A DNA stretch of 64,000 nt from NCBI GenBank assembly GCA_041651035.1, contig JBAZKC010000001.1, positions 131,244 through 195,243 on the forward strand. Reading direction: 5' to 3'. Position numbers and translations under genes: made by a program. The notes under the pieces are model-generated. The model saw only the letters and a program-made list of their open reading frames with translations. It made no database searches and was not told the origin of the DNA. This DNA is from Candidatus Omnitrophota bacterium. GTDB lineage: Bacteria > Omnitrophota > Gorgyraeia > Gygaellales > Profunditerraquicolaceae. Positions 39,698 to 48,349 of this stretch are shown here, piece after piece (the first letter of the stretch is position 1; the number at the start of each line of letters is the position of its first letter).

Positions 39698-41191
39698 TTA
39701 ACTTGAATTACTAATGGCTTTATTCAGGTCATCGATGAAAAGCTGGGCTTCTTGGGCATTCCCTCTTTTCCATCTATTAAGTAATTTCGAGCATCCACTT
39801 CCAAAGTTATCTTTTTTATCCTGAAACCATCTTTTGTGCCCACCACTTTCTGTCACATTAACAAAACCGTTAAAACAAGTATCCTTATAGAATGCCATCT
39901 CTCCTCCCCAAAAGGAATCATCTTCAGGCAATGTTGCTAAAAAGGTATAAAAAATGCTTTCAGGACACTTATCCTCTGGCAGAAACACTACATTTTTTAA
40001 CCTTGCAAACCGAGCATTTGTCCTAGAATCTCCATCCAAAACAAATATAAATCTTTTCAGACATGATAATCTTTTTGATGCCAAGTCAGCTAAAGCCCCA
40101 TTAGAAAGAGTAGCTCCATAAACATCAATAATGCTCTTTAACGATGTAGCATTTAGCAAGCTTCTACACCATAATGCTCCAACTGGGTCTTCACATAAAA
40201 GATTGATTTTCTCAACTGAATGTTTTTCCTTAGTTTCAATCATTATTCTACTCTTTATATAATGGAATTCTGGGTTAAGCTTATTGACAACTTTTCTATT
40301 TCTTATTTCAAGGAAATTTACTTTTACTCCTTCATAATTCTTGTTTAATAGGAAATTTATAATTTCCAATGAATGCGTAGTAAAAACTATTTGGAGACTG
40401 TAAGTTCTCGCGTATTTGTATAATCTTTTTATAAGATTTATTTGAGAACCCGCAAACATAGTGGTATCCAACTCATCGATTAACAAAATTCCCCGATTCG
40501 GTTCTAGTTTCTTGAAAGACATAATCGCAGTTAAGATTTGCCCTAAATTATCTTGCCCAGCTGAGTTACCTAGAGTGCCATAGCTATCAGTTTCTGTTGC
40601 AAAGAAATCTTTATTGGGCGTCTTAGCATGCTGTGGAGAAACATTTTTTTCCAAAGAAACAAAAATTTCGCTTGATTCGTTCTTATAAAAATGGATGTCT
40701 TGGGTACCTAATCCAGACTCTTCAATTAAAATATCTCCTTCTTTTTCTTGGGCTAGAGGAAACAATCGTCTTAAGCCAAGATAAATTACGGGATAATCAA
40801 TTTTTCCTTCTCCCTCTTTTGCACGGATACCAACATCAATCCTAAACCTTTTTTCCGATTTTACATACCTTGACTTGGCTTGTTTATTAAGGACCTCTCC
40901 TTCATCATCTAATTCGGCTTCATATTCATAGTTCTTATCAAATTCATGAGTTGGGCAGAATTTAAATATTTCTGAATACTCAGCTTCATATGGTTTATTA
41001 TCCAAAGTTTTGTGTTTATATTTAACTTCTGATCCTTTTTCTCTAAAACTAAACAAGTGGCCAACTAAACCAAGAATGCTTGACTTACCTGTGCCATTTA
41101 AACCAGATATTACTGTTAAATAGTCACCAAATTCTATACTAACATTCTCCATATGTCTAAAATATTTAACATTTAGCTTTACTATTCTCAT
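39698..41191 (-). CDS. OLD-family ATP-dependent endonuclease (ABC-type ATPase plus C-terminal TOPRIM), GajA-like
   Basis: 497 aa. Has Walker A GLNGTGKSS, Walker B ILLIDELD, H-loop FTTHS, and TOPRIM Glu (LLCEDPVG) and DxD (FVLDGDS). Confidence 0.75.
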   Translation of the reverse strand: MRIVKLNVKYFRHMENVSIEFGDYLTVISGLNGTGKSSILGLVGHLFSFREKGSEVKYKHKTLDNKPYEAEYSEIFKFCPTHEFDKNYEYEAELDDEGEVLNKQAKSRYVKSEKRFRIDVGIRAKEGEGKIDYPVIYLGLRRLFPLAQEKEGDILIEESGLGTQDIHFYKNESSEIFVSLEKNVSPQHAKTPNKDFFATETDSYGTLGNSAGQDNLGQILTAIMSFKKLEPNRGILLIDELDTTMFAGSQINLIKRLYKYARTYSLQIVFTTHSLEIINFLLNKNYEGVKVNFLEIRNRKVVNKLNPEFHYIKSRIMIETKEKHSVEKINLLCEDPVGALWCRSLLNATSLKSIIDVYGATLSNGALADLASKRLSCLKRFIFVLDGDSRTNARFARLKNVVFLPEDKCPESIFYTFLATLPEDDSFWGGEMAFYKDTCFNGFVNVTESGGHKRWFQDKKDNFGSGCSKLLNRWKRGNAQEAQLFIDDLNKAISNSS

Positions 41192-41337
41192 TCCCTCGGC
41201 CCCCTATGAGATGTAAGTTGGTTTTCGATAAGCTTGCGATACTTACAAGTTGTATCTTCTAATAATTATTCTTTCATACTTATGCTAATTCTTTTACGTC
41301 ACTGCTTTTATCACAATAAAAACAAGCGTAAATATTG

Positions 41338-41354
41338 GGACGTTTCTATTTTTC
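41338..41354. repeat. 17-bp direct repeat GGGACGTTTCTATTTTT, left copy. The right copy is at 48013-48029.
   Basis: Exact 17-mer present twice, bracketing the four-gene cassette at 41500-47856. Confidence 0.6.
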
Positions 41355-41389
41355 AAGATTAGAAGAAACCTTTACTTATTTATCCGTAG

Positions 41390-41454
41390 CCCCCTCCCCG
41401 CGCCCCGCCTTGCGCTATCTTTTCAAAAAGCTGGCGAAATTTTTAGGGGAGGGG
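41390..41454. repeat. Structured intergenic repeat, copy C, with arms cccctcccc/ggggagggg
   Basis: ccccctccccgcgccccgcc-ttgcgctatcttttcaaaaagctggcgaaattttta-ggggagggg. The arm sequence differs from copy B but stays complementary, which is covariation. Confidence 0.65.
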
Positions 41455-41499
41455 AATAAATCTAACCCTTTACTCAGAATTAATACGGCACGCCCAATT

Positions 41500-44289
41500 T
41501 CAACCTGTGCTATGCTTGCTACCGTAAGAACATAAACGATACTGAAAACAATCCTTACAAACTTCTCTGTTTTTTGTTCTTATAAATGATTGTTTTCTAA
41601 TAGTATCAGCACTTTCTTTTATCTTTTTCTCCATCATTTCAAGATGGCTTTCGCTTAATGGTATTGGGGGTTTCTGAGTATTAGTTTCTAAATCATATAT
41701 CTGGATGTAATCGGCTTCTTGTCCTGTAAGCTCCTTATGACCCATGGCATATAAATTAAGTTGATCGATGGTAATTTGCCTCTTCTGCACATCATCACTT
41801 GACTTAAATTCTATAATAGTAGTTTCATATTTACCTTCGTAATTCTTCTTTTTTATCAAATCGATTCTCCCGCTGACAAAAATACCATCATCAAGATGCA
41901 GTTGAATATCTTGTTCTACAAATTCAACTTCTTTTAACGATTTTTTATTATTATCAAAATATTGAACCACCTTATTCTCAACTAATTCTTTCATTTCAAG
42001 CAATATTGAGGACTTGCCTAAATAAGGAAAATAGGATTGTTGCTTTGCAATATCCCTTACAAGTGGTAAGCTAAGAACCTCGCCTAACATGCTTCTTTTA
42101 TGAATTTCCATTAGACTATTATGTAATGATTTTCCGAATCCCATTCGTTGGTCCAAAGGATAACAAAAACCATACATGGAAACGAGTTTGAAACGGTATG
42201 GACATTCAAAGAAATCTTTCAAAATACTAAAGTTTAGAGATATAGTGACTATGCTCTGTTTGGGTTTTGGTTCAAGTTTAGTTTTTGTTTTAAAATCTGG
42301 GATATTTGTAACAATTACATTTGAAGCTGAAATCTCAGAAACAAATATAGAAGGTTTTCTATATAGCTGATTATTTTGATCAGGCGCTCTTGAAATAAAC
42401 AAATATTTTTGAGCTCTTGTGATTGCTACATAGAATAATCTACGCTCATCTTCAATATTTCCTTCATATCGATCCTGGTTTTTAATTAACGTTCTATCTA
42501 AGAAATGCCATTCACTCAATCCACCATGTTTTTTTGTTGGGAGATAATTTTTATTTAGTCCTGGTATAAATACAACAGGAAATTCAAGCCCCTTTGCTTG
42601 ATGAATAGTCATTATTTGAACTGCTCGTGGAGTCTTATATGGATTATTTAACCATCCTTCTGGGTAATAGTCGTTTGCTGCATATGTTATGAAATCTAAA
42701 AAATATTTTAAGTGGATTTCTGGTAGAGAGCTATTGAAATTTATCGATTCAAAATCATTTATTACTTGGCTAAATTTGCCAAGGTTAAACATTATTATTT
42801 CTCCTCTAAGAGGATCCTCAAATGTTTCTTCATTTATTTTGGCAATTTCAATAAAACTCCAGTAAACATCTTGCAAACTATATGCCCAAATCGGTTTTCT
42901 TTTTTTATCTATGTGATTCTCGGGGAATTTTCTTGTTAAATTTTTTATAGCGATATTAAGATTTTCAAATTTAATTTTATTTTTAGGTATATCTTGCCAA
43001 AGCTTGATTAGTTCTTCTTTTTTTATAGAATGATTTAAATACTGAAAAATGCCCACTGCTGCTTTTGCTTCGTTAACTTCAAATAATTCGTTAACACCTG
43101 CTGTAATATAAGGAATATTATATTTATCAAGAATTTCAACAATCCTATAGGATTTATTCCATGTTCGCAGAAGGATAGCAAAATCGGAGTAATCAAGCCC
43201 ACGCTTCTCTTCTCCTTCTTCTTTAAATGATACTCCGAGCAATTTCTTTATCATATCCGCAATAAAATTATTTTCTTCTTCAATATTTACAAACTCATTG
43301 TATAGTATGTCTTCTTTTTTAATGAAATTTTGCTTTTCGGCCGAGATCATTTTCTTGGGGATTCGATTATTTTTAAAGATAAGAGTTTCTGCAAGACTTG
43401 TAATTCCCTTGGAACTTCTAAAATTTTCATTTAAAATCACTTCTTTGGCAGGTCTATAGTTTTTTAGAAAATCTTTTATATATCGATTATTACTACCTCT
43501 CCACTGATAAATATTTTGATCGTCATCACCTACAACGGTAACGATTGGTTTGCTTGTTAGGTAAAGTTGCTTTATTAATTCTTCTTGGATTGGATTAACA
43601 TCTTGATATTCATCTACGATCAGGTACTTTAAGTCTTGCTTTATCTTGTTATACAACCCCTTTTTCTCATGTAAACTATTTAAGGCTTCTGTCATTATCA
43701 TAGTGAAATCAAAATAGCAGTTATCTCTTAAAACTTTTTCATATTTCTCTTTTGCTTTTGAAATATTTTCAGGTAATTTACGATTACAATCTGACTCTCT
43801 GATAATATTCATTATTTGAATGAATCTTCCTGTATCAACAAACTTTCTCATGCTGAAGTTTCTATCATTTATTTTAGTAATGTCGGTCATACCGATGTGA
43901 TAATAATTTTTATCTACGAATAGACGCAATTTTATCTCATCTAAAACAGAGAAATTTTGGAATTTGTACTCATTGTTTTGCAAGGCGTTAAGACACCAAC
44001 CGTGAATTGTGCCAATATACATGTCTGCAATACCTCTTAACTCATTCAGATCAGGATTTTCTTTAAGAAAATTCAAGATTTTATTTTTTAATTCTGCCGC
44101 TGCTCTATCAGTATATGTAAACGCAATGATGTTTTTCGGTTCTATTTTTAAGCCATTCTTGGGATTTAATAAAAATGTCACCTTTCCAGCAATAGTACTT
44201 GTCTTTCCCGAACCTGCGCAGGCGATTATTCTTAAATTTTGCTCATTGGCTTTTATAGCCGTTTTTTGTTCATCTGTAAAAGGTATCAT
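41500..44289 (-). CDS. UvrD/PcrA-like SF1 helicase fused to a C-terminal Cas4/AddB-type PD-(D/E)xK nuclease domain with a Cys4 cluster
   Basis: 929 aa. Has motif I IIACAGSGKTSTI and motif Ia AFTYTDRAAAEL. The C-terminus carries CPYRFKL...CKDCFQYRLC and IIEFKSSDD (ExK). Its start overlaps the upstream MTase by 4 nt. Confidence 0.75.
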   Translation of the reverse strand: MIPFTDEQKTAIKANEQNLRIIACAGSGKTSTIAGKVTFLLNPKNGLKIEPKNIIAFTYTDRAAAELKNKILNFLKENPDLNELRGIADMYIGTIHGWCLNALQNNEYKFQNFSVLDEIKLRLFVDKNYYHIGMTDITKINDRNFSMRKFVDTGRFIQIMNIIRESDCNRKLPENISKAKEKYEKVLRDNCYFDFTMIMTEALNSLHEKKGLYNKIKQDLKYLIVDEYQDVNPIQEELIKQLYLTSKPIVTVVGDDDQNIYQWRGSNNRYIKDFLKNYRPAKEVILNENFRSSKGITSLAETLIFKNNRIPKKMISAEKQNFIKKEDILYNEFVNIEEENNFIADMIKKLLGVSFKEEGEEKRGLDYSDFAILLRTWNKSYRIVEILDKYNIPYITAGVNELFEVNEAKAAVGIFQYLNHSIKKEELIKLWQDIPKNKIKFENLNIAIKNLTRKFPENHIDKKRKPIWAYSLQDVYWSFIEIAKINEETFEDPLRGEIIMFNLGKFSQVINDFESINFNSSLPEIHLKYFLDFITYAANDYYPEGWLNNPYKTPRAVQIMTIHQAKGLEFPVVFIPGLNKNYLPTKKHGGLSEWHFLDRTLIKNQDRYEGNIEDERRLFYVAITRAQKYLFISRAPDQNNQLYRKPSIFVSEISASNVIVTNIPDFKTKTKLEPKPKQSIVTISLNFSILKDFFECPYRFKLVSMYGFCYPLDQRMGFGKSLHNSLMEIHKRSMLGEVLSLPLVRDIAKQQSYFPYLGKSSILLEMKELVENKVVQYFDNNKKSLKEVEFVEQDIQLHLDDGIFVSGRIDLIKKKNYEGKYETTIIEFKSSDDVQKRQITIDQLNLYAMGHKELTGQEADYIQIYDLETNTQKPPIPLSESHLEMMEKKIKESADTIRKQSFIRTKNREVCKDCFQYRLCSYGSKHSTG

Positions 44290-45542
44290 GGATTAATTTT
44301 TTGCATTACAACTATATATTCGATATTCATCAAATTTCTTTTTTCCCCTGACACCCCTGAAGGGCTATTCTTTCTTGGTAACCTTTTGTTTGATATTTTT
44401 CTCTCAAATGTTTCAATATGTTTAAATCCATTATCTTTAAAGAATTCTCTTGTGATTTGATGTGTTTGTAACGTAACTCCTTTGACGCATCTATTGCTTA
44501 CAACATAGCAAGCATAACCTTTTTTCCTTATAATCTTTGAAACATTCGCAATTGACTTTTCATAATCTTCGTAAAATGCTGACACATCCAAAGCTCTATT
44601 TTTATCTATTTTCCCAATTTTTATTAAATCCTTATTTAAAATTTTGCATTTAAATTCTTTTATCTTTTTAGCTCTTTTGCCTCCCATTAATTCATAATCA
44701 AGCTTATTTGCATCTTGAAATCCTAACCATTGATTAGCTAATCTAGAGAATTGTCCATACGCAACAGTTGTTTGCGAATCTCCATATGGAGGAGATGTAA
44801 TCACAATCCCTACCTTCTGCTTTATGATTTGATTAGGATCTTGTTTTACTGTGTTAAAATCATGTATTTTACTTGTCGCGCCATTCTTTTTTTCATCACA
44901 AAATTTTAAAAGTCCTTCCCTGTTTTTGGCTACTATTTTTTCAAAGGTTGTAAAGACGTCTGGCTTAAAATGTCTAAGTTGCTTTGTATCCATTCTGTAT
45001 AGCTTGAACTCATTTTTCCTTGTACGTGAGCATTCTCTTATTGTTTGACTAAATGCGACTTTAAAAAAATTACTTACCGACGCATACGGAATTTTATCAA
45101 TATATTCTTTCAGAATCGATAGGTCGACAATCACGGACTTTGAAAACCAAAAAGTAATATTAGGGAATTTAGCGGGTACCACAAAATTACGTTTTTTAAA
45201 ACCAAAACGAAATGGGAAAAGATAAGAGTAAAATTCTTTTATATGTGAATTTAAAGTTTTAGTTTTGATCGAGTTAGTTTTTGCCGTTGCAATCAACCTT
45301 GCAAGTGGATTTATATCAGTACCTAATGCGTTAAGACCATTAATATTTGCCTCAACTAGAGATGTTCCCGTACCACAATAAGGGTCGAAAAGAGTAGATT
45401 TATTAATACCGTATTTCTTTATTAGTTGATCTGCAACATGAGGAACCATCATTGCTGGATAAGTATGGAAACAGTGAGTAGAATATTTAGTATCAACTTC
45501 GATAAAATCCCAATCATATTTTTTTACCATGTGCTTATCCAA
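44286..45542 (-). CDS. DNA methyltransferase, N4-cytosine or N6-adenine
   Basis: 418 aa with motif I FDPYCGTGTS and motif IV ITSPPYG. Confidence 0.75.
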   Translation of the reverse strand: MDKHMVKKYDWDFIEVDTKYSTHCFHTYPAMMVPHVADQLIKKYGINKSTLFDPYCGTGTSLVEANINGLNALGTDINPLARLIATAKTNSIKTKTLNSHIKEFYSYLFPFRFGFKKRNFVVPAKFPNITFWFSKSVIVDLSILKEYIDKIPYASVSNFFKVAFSQTIRECSRTRKNEFKLYRMDTKQLRHFKPDVFTTFEKIVAKNREGLLKFCDEKKNGATSKIHDFNTVKQDPNQIIKQKVGIVITSPPYGDSQTTVAYGQFSRLANQWLGFQDANKLDYELMGGKRAKKIKEFKCKILNKDLIKIGKIDKNRALDVSAFYEDYEKSIANVSKIIRKKGYACYVVSNRCVKGVTLQTHQITREFFKDNGFKHIETFERKISNKRLPRKNSPSGVSGEKRNLMNIEYIVVMQKINP

Positions 45543-45719
45543 ACAGCTTAAACATCATTGATTCAATCGGCCTAGAATTAAAATCCTTAAGATTATGAGG
45601 ACATTCCCAAAAGAGACACCCCTTATAAAAAATTGAATCACAATCTATTTATCTGTAACTAATTATAAACGCCTAGCCTGTCACCCCGGGGAACGTCACC
45701 GAAACCATTCTTGATTAGT

Positions 45720-46811
45720 TTATTTTCCAGATTTGGTTCGGTTATCTTGTTTGCACAACATTTGGCAATTCTTTGCAACAGTCTTTCCACCTTCATGCCA
45801 GGGTTTTATATGATCAGCTTCCATTTCTTCTATCTCAAAGTGTTTCTTGCATTTTACGCATTTACCTTTTTGCCTTTCGTATGCTTCTCTTTTTTGTTTA
45901 TCTGTAAATGCTCTAATATTCAAGAATTTCTCATTTCGGGTTAAAACATACGGATAAATTCCGGTTTTGCTTGTTACTTCATCATCCAGCATTAACTCTT
46001 TGATTTCAGTTTCCAATTTATTAGAATTCAGTCTCTTCTCTTTGAACTCGCTATACAGCTCTCCCCATTGCACACTACTCATTTCTCGGCGATAATTTGT
46101 AAAAGTCTTTCGCACCCATTCAATCACATCTTGAAAGTACTGCCACAATTCTTCAGCATTTTTGTTATGCTGATGCTTGGCCATATAATCTTCTATTTTG
46201 CCTTTGTTAATCCACGAAAGCACAGTTTCTAAATACTCCTGTCGAATTGGTGAACCACTAACTAATTGTCCGCCGTCGTTTGCTAACAAATACGCCGCAC
46301 AATTTGATTTACTGAATTTTAATTTCGCGTCGCTCAACCACGGCCCGGTATAAACTGCGTTACGGATTTCCTGGTCGTTAACCTTCTCTCCGTAAGTGTT
46401 AATAATCCTAAACCAGTCTAGCCGTTCCTTATCCGCACCTTCGCAGAAATAAATCATTAGTTCATAATCCAAAATTTTATCTTGTTCCTCTTTGGTTAGA
46501 TTATGAAAAAAGCGGTCGTTCAGCGAAAAATCGCCATAAACATATTGCCCTATACTAATAGTGCGCTGCTGGCCGTCCAGCATTTCGTAGCCACCATCTT
46601 CTCTGATCATCCAATACATCACATTCAGCGGAAAGCTGTTTTTGATAGTTTCGATTACGGCATTACGTTGCTTTTCCTTGTACACAAATTCACGCTGATA
46701 TTTTGGACGAATATCAAGTTTACCATCATAAGCCACCACGCCTTCTTCGGCGCTATCTTTGTAGCCCGCCATCACTCTACGAATTTTAATTTTGTGTAGT
46801 TCAATTTTCAT
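45720..46811 (-). CDS. DUF262 (ParB/GmrS-like NTPase) fused to an HNH endonuclease, a GmrSD-like restriction protein
   Basis: 363 aa with the DGQQRT motif. The C-terminal HNH is EADHIKPWHEGGKTVAKNCQMLCKQDN. Confidence 0.75.
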   Translation of the reverse strand: MKIELHKIKIRRVMAGYKDSAEEGVVAYDGKLDIRPKYQREFVYKEKQRNAVIETIKNSFPLNVMYWMIREDGGYEMLDGQQRTISIGQYVYGDFSLNDRFFHNLTKEEQDKILDYELMIYFCEGADKERLDWFRIINTYGEKVNDQEIRNAVYTGPWLSDAKLKFSKSNCAAYLLANDGGQLVSGSPIRQEYLETVLSWINKGKIEDYMAKHQHNKNAEELWQYFQDVIEWVRKTFTNYRREMSSVQWGELYSEFKEKRLNSNKLETEIKELMLDDEVTSKTGIYPYVLTRNEKFLNIRAFTDKQKREAYERQKGKCVKCKKHFEIEEMEADHIKPWHEGGKTVAKNCQMLCKQDNRTKSGK

Positions 46812-46812
46812 A

Positions 46813-47856
46813 TTATTTTTTCACCTTCTTGTTTTTTATAATAACTCGAGCGTAAGGAACATCGACAATTCCATTTGTAATCATATATAAATCGCCATCA
46901 ACTGCACCTCTTTTTTGAACTTCTTTTCTGTATTTTTTATGTTCCTCCTTATACGGTTTAACTCCAATCTCCATCCCTGAATTAGATATACCTAAACCAA
47001 TAACCTCAAATTGGTTCGGATTATATTTATCAAGGAAAGTAACTGGTACACCAATCGCACCATCATAGTCGCAAGGTATGTCGGTATATTTGTCTACGTT
47101 AATTGCATCATAATTGTAGTACTTTGGATATTCTTTACGTGAATATTTTTTATAAAGAGTGATATCTTGTTTATGCTTCTCAACTACAAGATTTGTAAAC
47201 CAACACGAAGTTGACACACGCACAATTTTCTTGCCATTTTCATCAATATGATGAAAATGCTCCCAATCGTCTGGTACAATAAAAAACATCCCTACATTAA
47301 AATTCGTGTAGCCAGTACGCAGTTTGTTGTCCTTAATTAACTTAAAAATCTCTTTATAGGTTAGTGAATTTGTATTGCCTATAATCAAAAACCCTTTTTT
47401 GTACTTCACGAGCTGTGCAACATATTCACGAAACAGCGAAAATGGTGGATTAGTCACAACAATATCCGCTTCTTTAAGTAGTTCAATACACTCCACACTA
47501 CGAAAATCGCCCGTTCCTATCATCTCAGTTATAAACTCACTTGGATCAGGCGTGCGATTACCATTTTTATCGCCTGTGTATTCTAATTTATAAGGTGGTT
47601 CTTGGGAAAATAAATTTGCTTCTTTATAATGTGTGGCTATCAATTTTTTTAGCCCCAAATGTTCAAAATTCATACTAAAATATTTGACGAAATTACTTTC
47701 TCTGGGATCATCGCAGTTGCAAAAAACTACTTTGCCGCGGAATTGCTCTTTATAATATTTCAGTTCATTTTCAATATCGCCAAGCTGAGTATAAAACTCG
47801 TCTTTCTTTTCTTGGCTTGCTTTGTGTAAGTTTTTATTTAAGAATTTTGTTTCCAT
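46813..47856 (-). CDS. N6-adenine DNA methyltransferase (NPPF class)
   Basis: 347 aa with motif IV VVTNPPF. Ends 2 nt before the DUF262-HNH start. Confidence 0.7.
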   Translation of the reverse strand: METKFLNKNLHKASQEKKDEFYTQLGDIENELKYYKEQFRGKVVFCNCDDPRESNFVKYFSMNFEHLGLKKLIATHYKEANLFSQEPPYKLEYTGDKNGNRTPDPSEFITEMIGTGDFRSVECIELLKEADIVVTNPPFSLFREYVAQLVKYKKGFLIIGNTNSLTYKEIFKLIKDNKLRTGYTNFNVGMFFIVPDDWEHFHHIDENGKKIVRVSTSCWFTNLVVEKHKQDITLYKKYSRKEYPKYYNYDAINVDKYTDIPCDYDGAIGVPVTFLDKYNPNQFEVIGLGISNSGMEIGVKPYKEEHKKYRKEVQKRGAVDGDLYMITNGIVDVPYARVIIKNKKVKK

Positions 47857-48012
47857 ATTTTATTTGGATTCAACAGGCCTATTTTAAAATGCAACTTTTT
47901 AGGATTTATTCCTAATGGCCTAATGTTATATCCTTCCCACTAATTCATCTAAACTAATCCCCAAAACATCTGCCAATTTCTACTGAGACCAACCAGATCT
48001 CAAAATAAATAA

Positions 48013-48057
48013 GGGACGTTTCTATTTTTGGCGGTTAATGAAAAATAGCAACGTCCC
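48013..48057. repeat. 17-bp stem hairpin gggacgtttctattttt-ggcggttaatg-aaaaatagcaacgtccc. The left arm is the right copy of the 17-bp direct repeat.
   Basis: Read directly from the sequence, with one mismatch in the stem. Confidence 0.55.
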
Positions 48058-48081
48058 CTCCTTTTCTGATTGTACTAATTA

Positions 48082-48175
48082 ATTACTCCTTGCGTAAACG
48101 CTTGTAATCTTCTTGCTCCGCGTTCAAAGCGCCAGTTGGATTTCTTTACTATTACTCCTTGCGTAAACGCTTGTA
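48082..48175. repeat. Two perfect 25-nt direct repeats (attactccttgcgtaaacgcttgta) spaced 69 nt apart, next to the tRNA-His 3' end
   Basis: Copies at 48082-48106 and 48151-48175. Confidence 0.6.
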
Positions 48176-48252
48176 GATTTCATCCGCTTCGCTACTGAAA
48201 TCTACTGCGCACGCTTCGGAGTGAAATTTTTTGTAAAGCAAAAAATTTCAAG

Positions 48253-48329
48253 GGTGGCTGACGGGGCTCGAACCCGCGACCTCTAGAGCCACAGTCTAGT
48301 GCTCTAACCAGTTGAGCTACAGCCACCAG
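48253..48329 (-). tRNA. tRNA-His (anticodon GUG)
   Basis: The minus strand reads gGUGGCUGUAGCUCAACUGGUUAGAGCACUAGACUGUGGCUCUAGAGGUCGCGGGUUCGAGCCCCGUCAGCCACC. The extra 5' G pairs with the discriminator C. Has GTG in the anticodon loop and T-loop GGUUCGAGUCC. CCA is not encoded. Confidence 0.9.
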
Positions 48330-48349
48330 ATCCTACTATTTTATTCCAA

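Noticed and set aside
38030-48252. Looked for integrase, transposase or IS elements to explain the island
   Set aside because: No ORF in the island shows tyrosine or serine recombinase or DDE transposase signatures. Mobility is inferred only from composition, the tRNA adjacency and the repeats.
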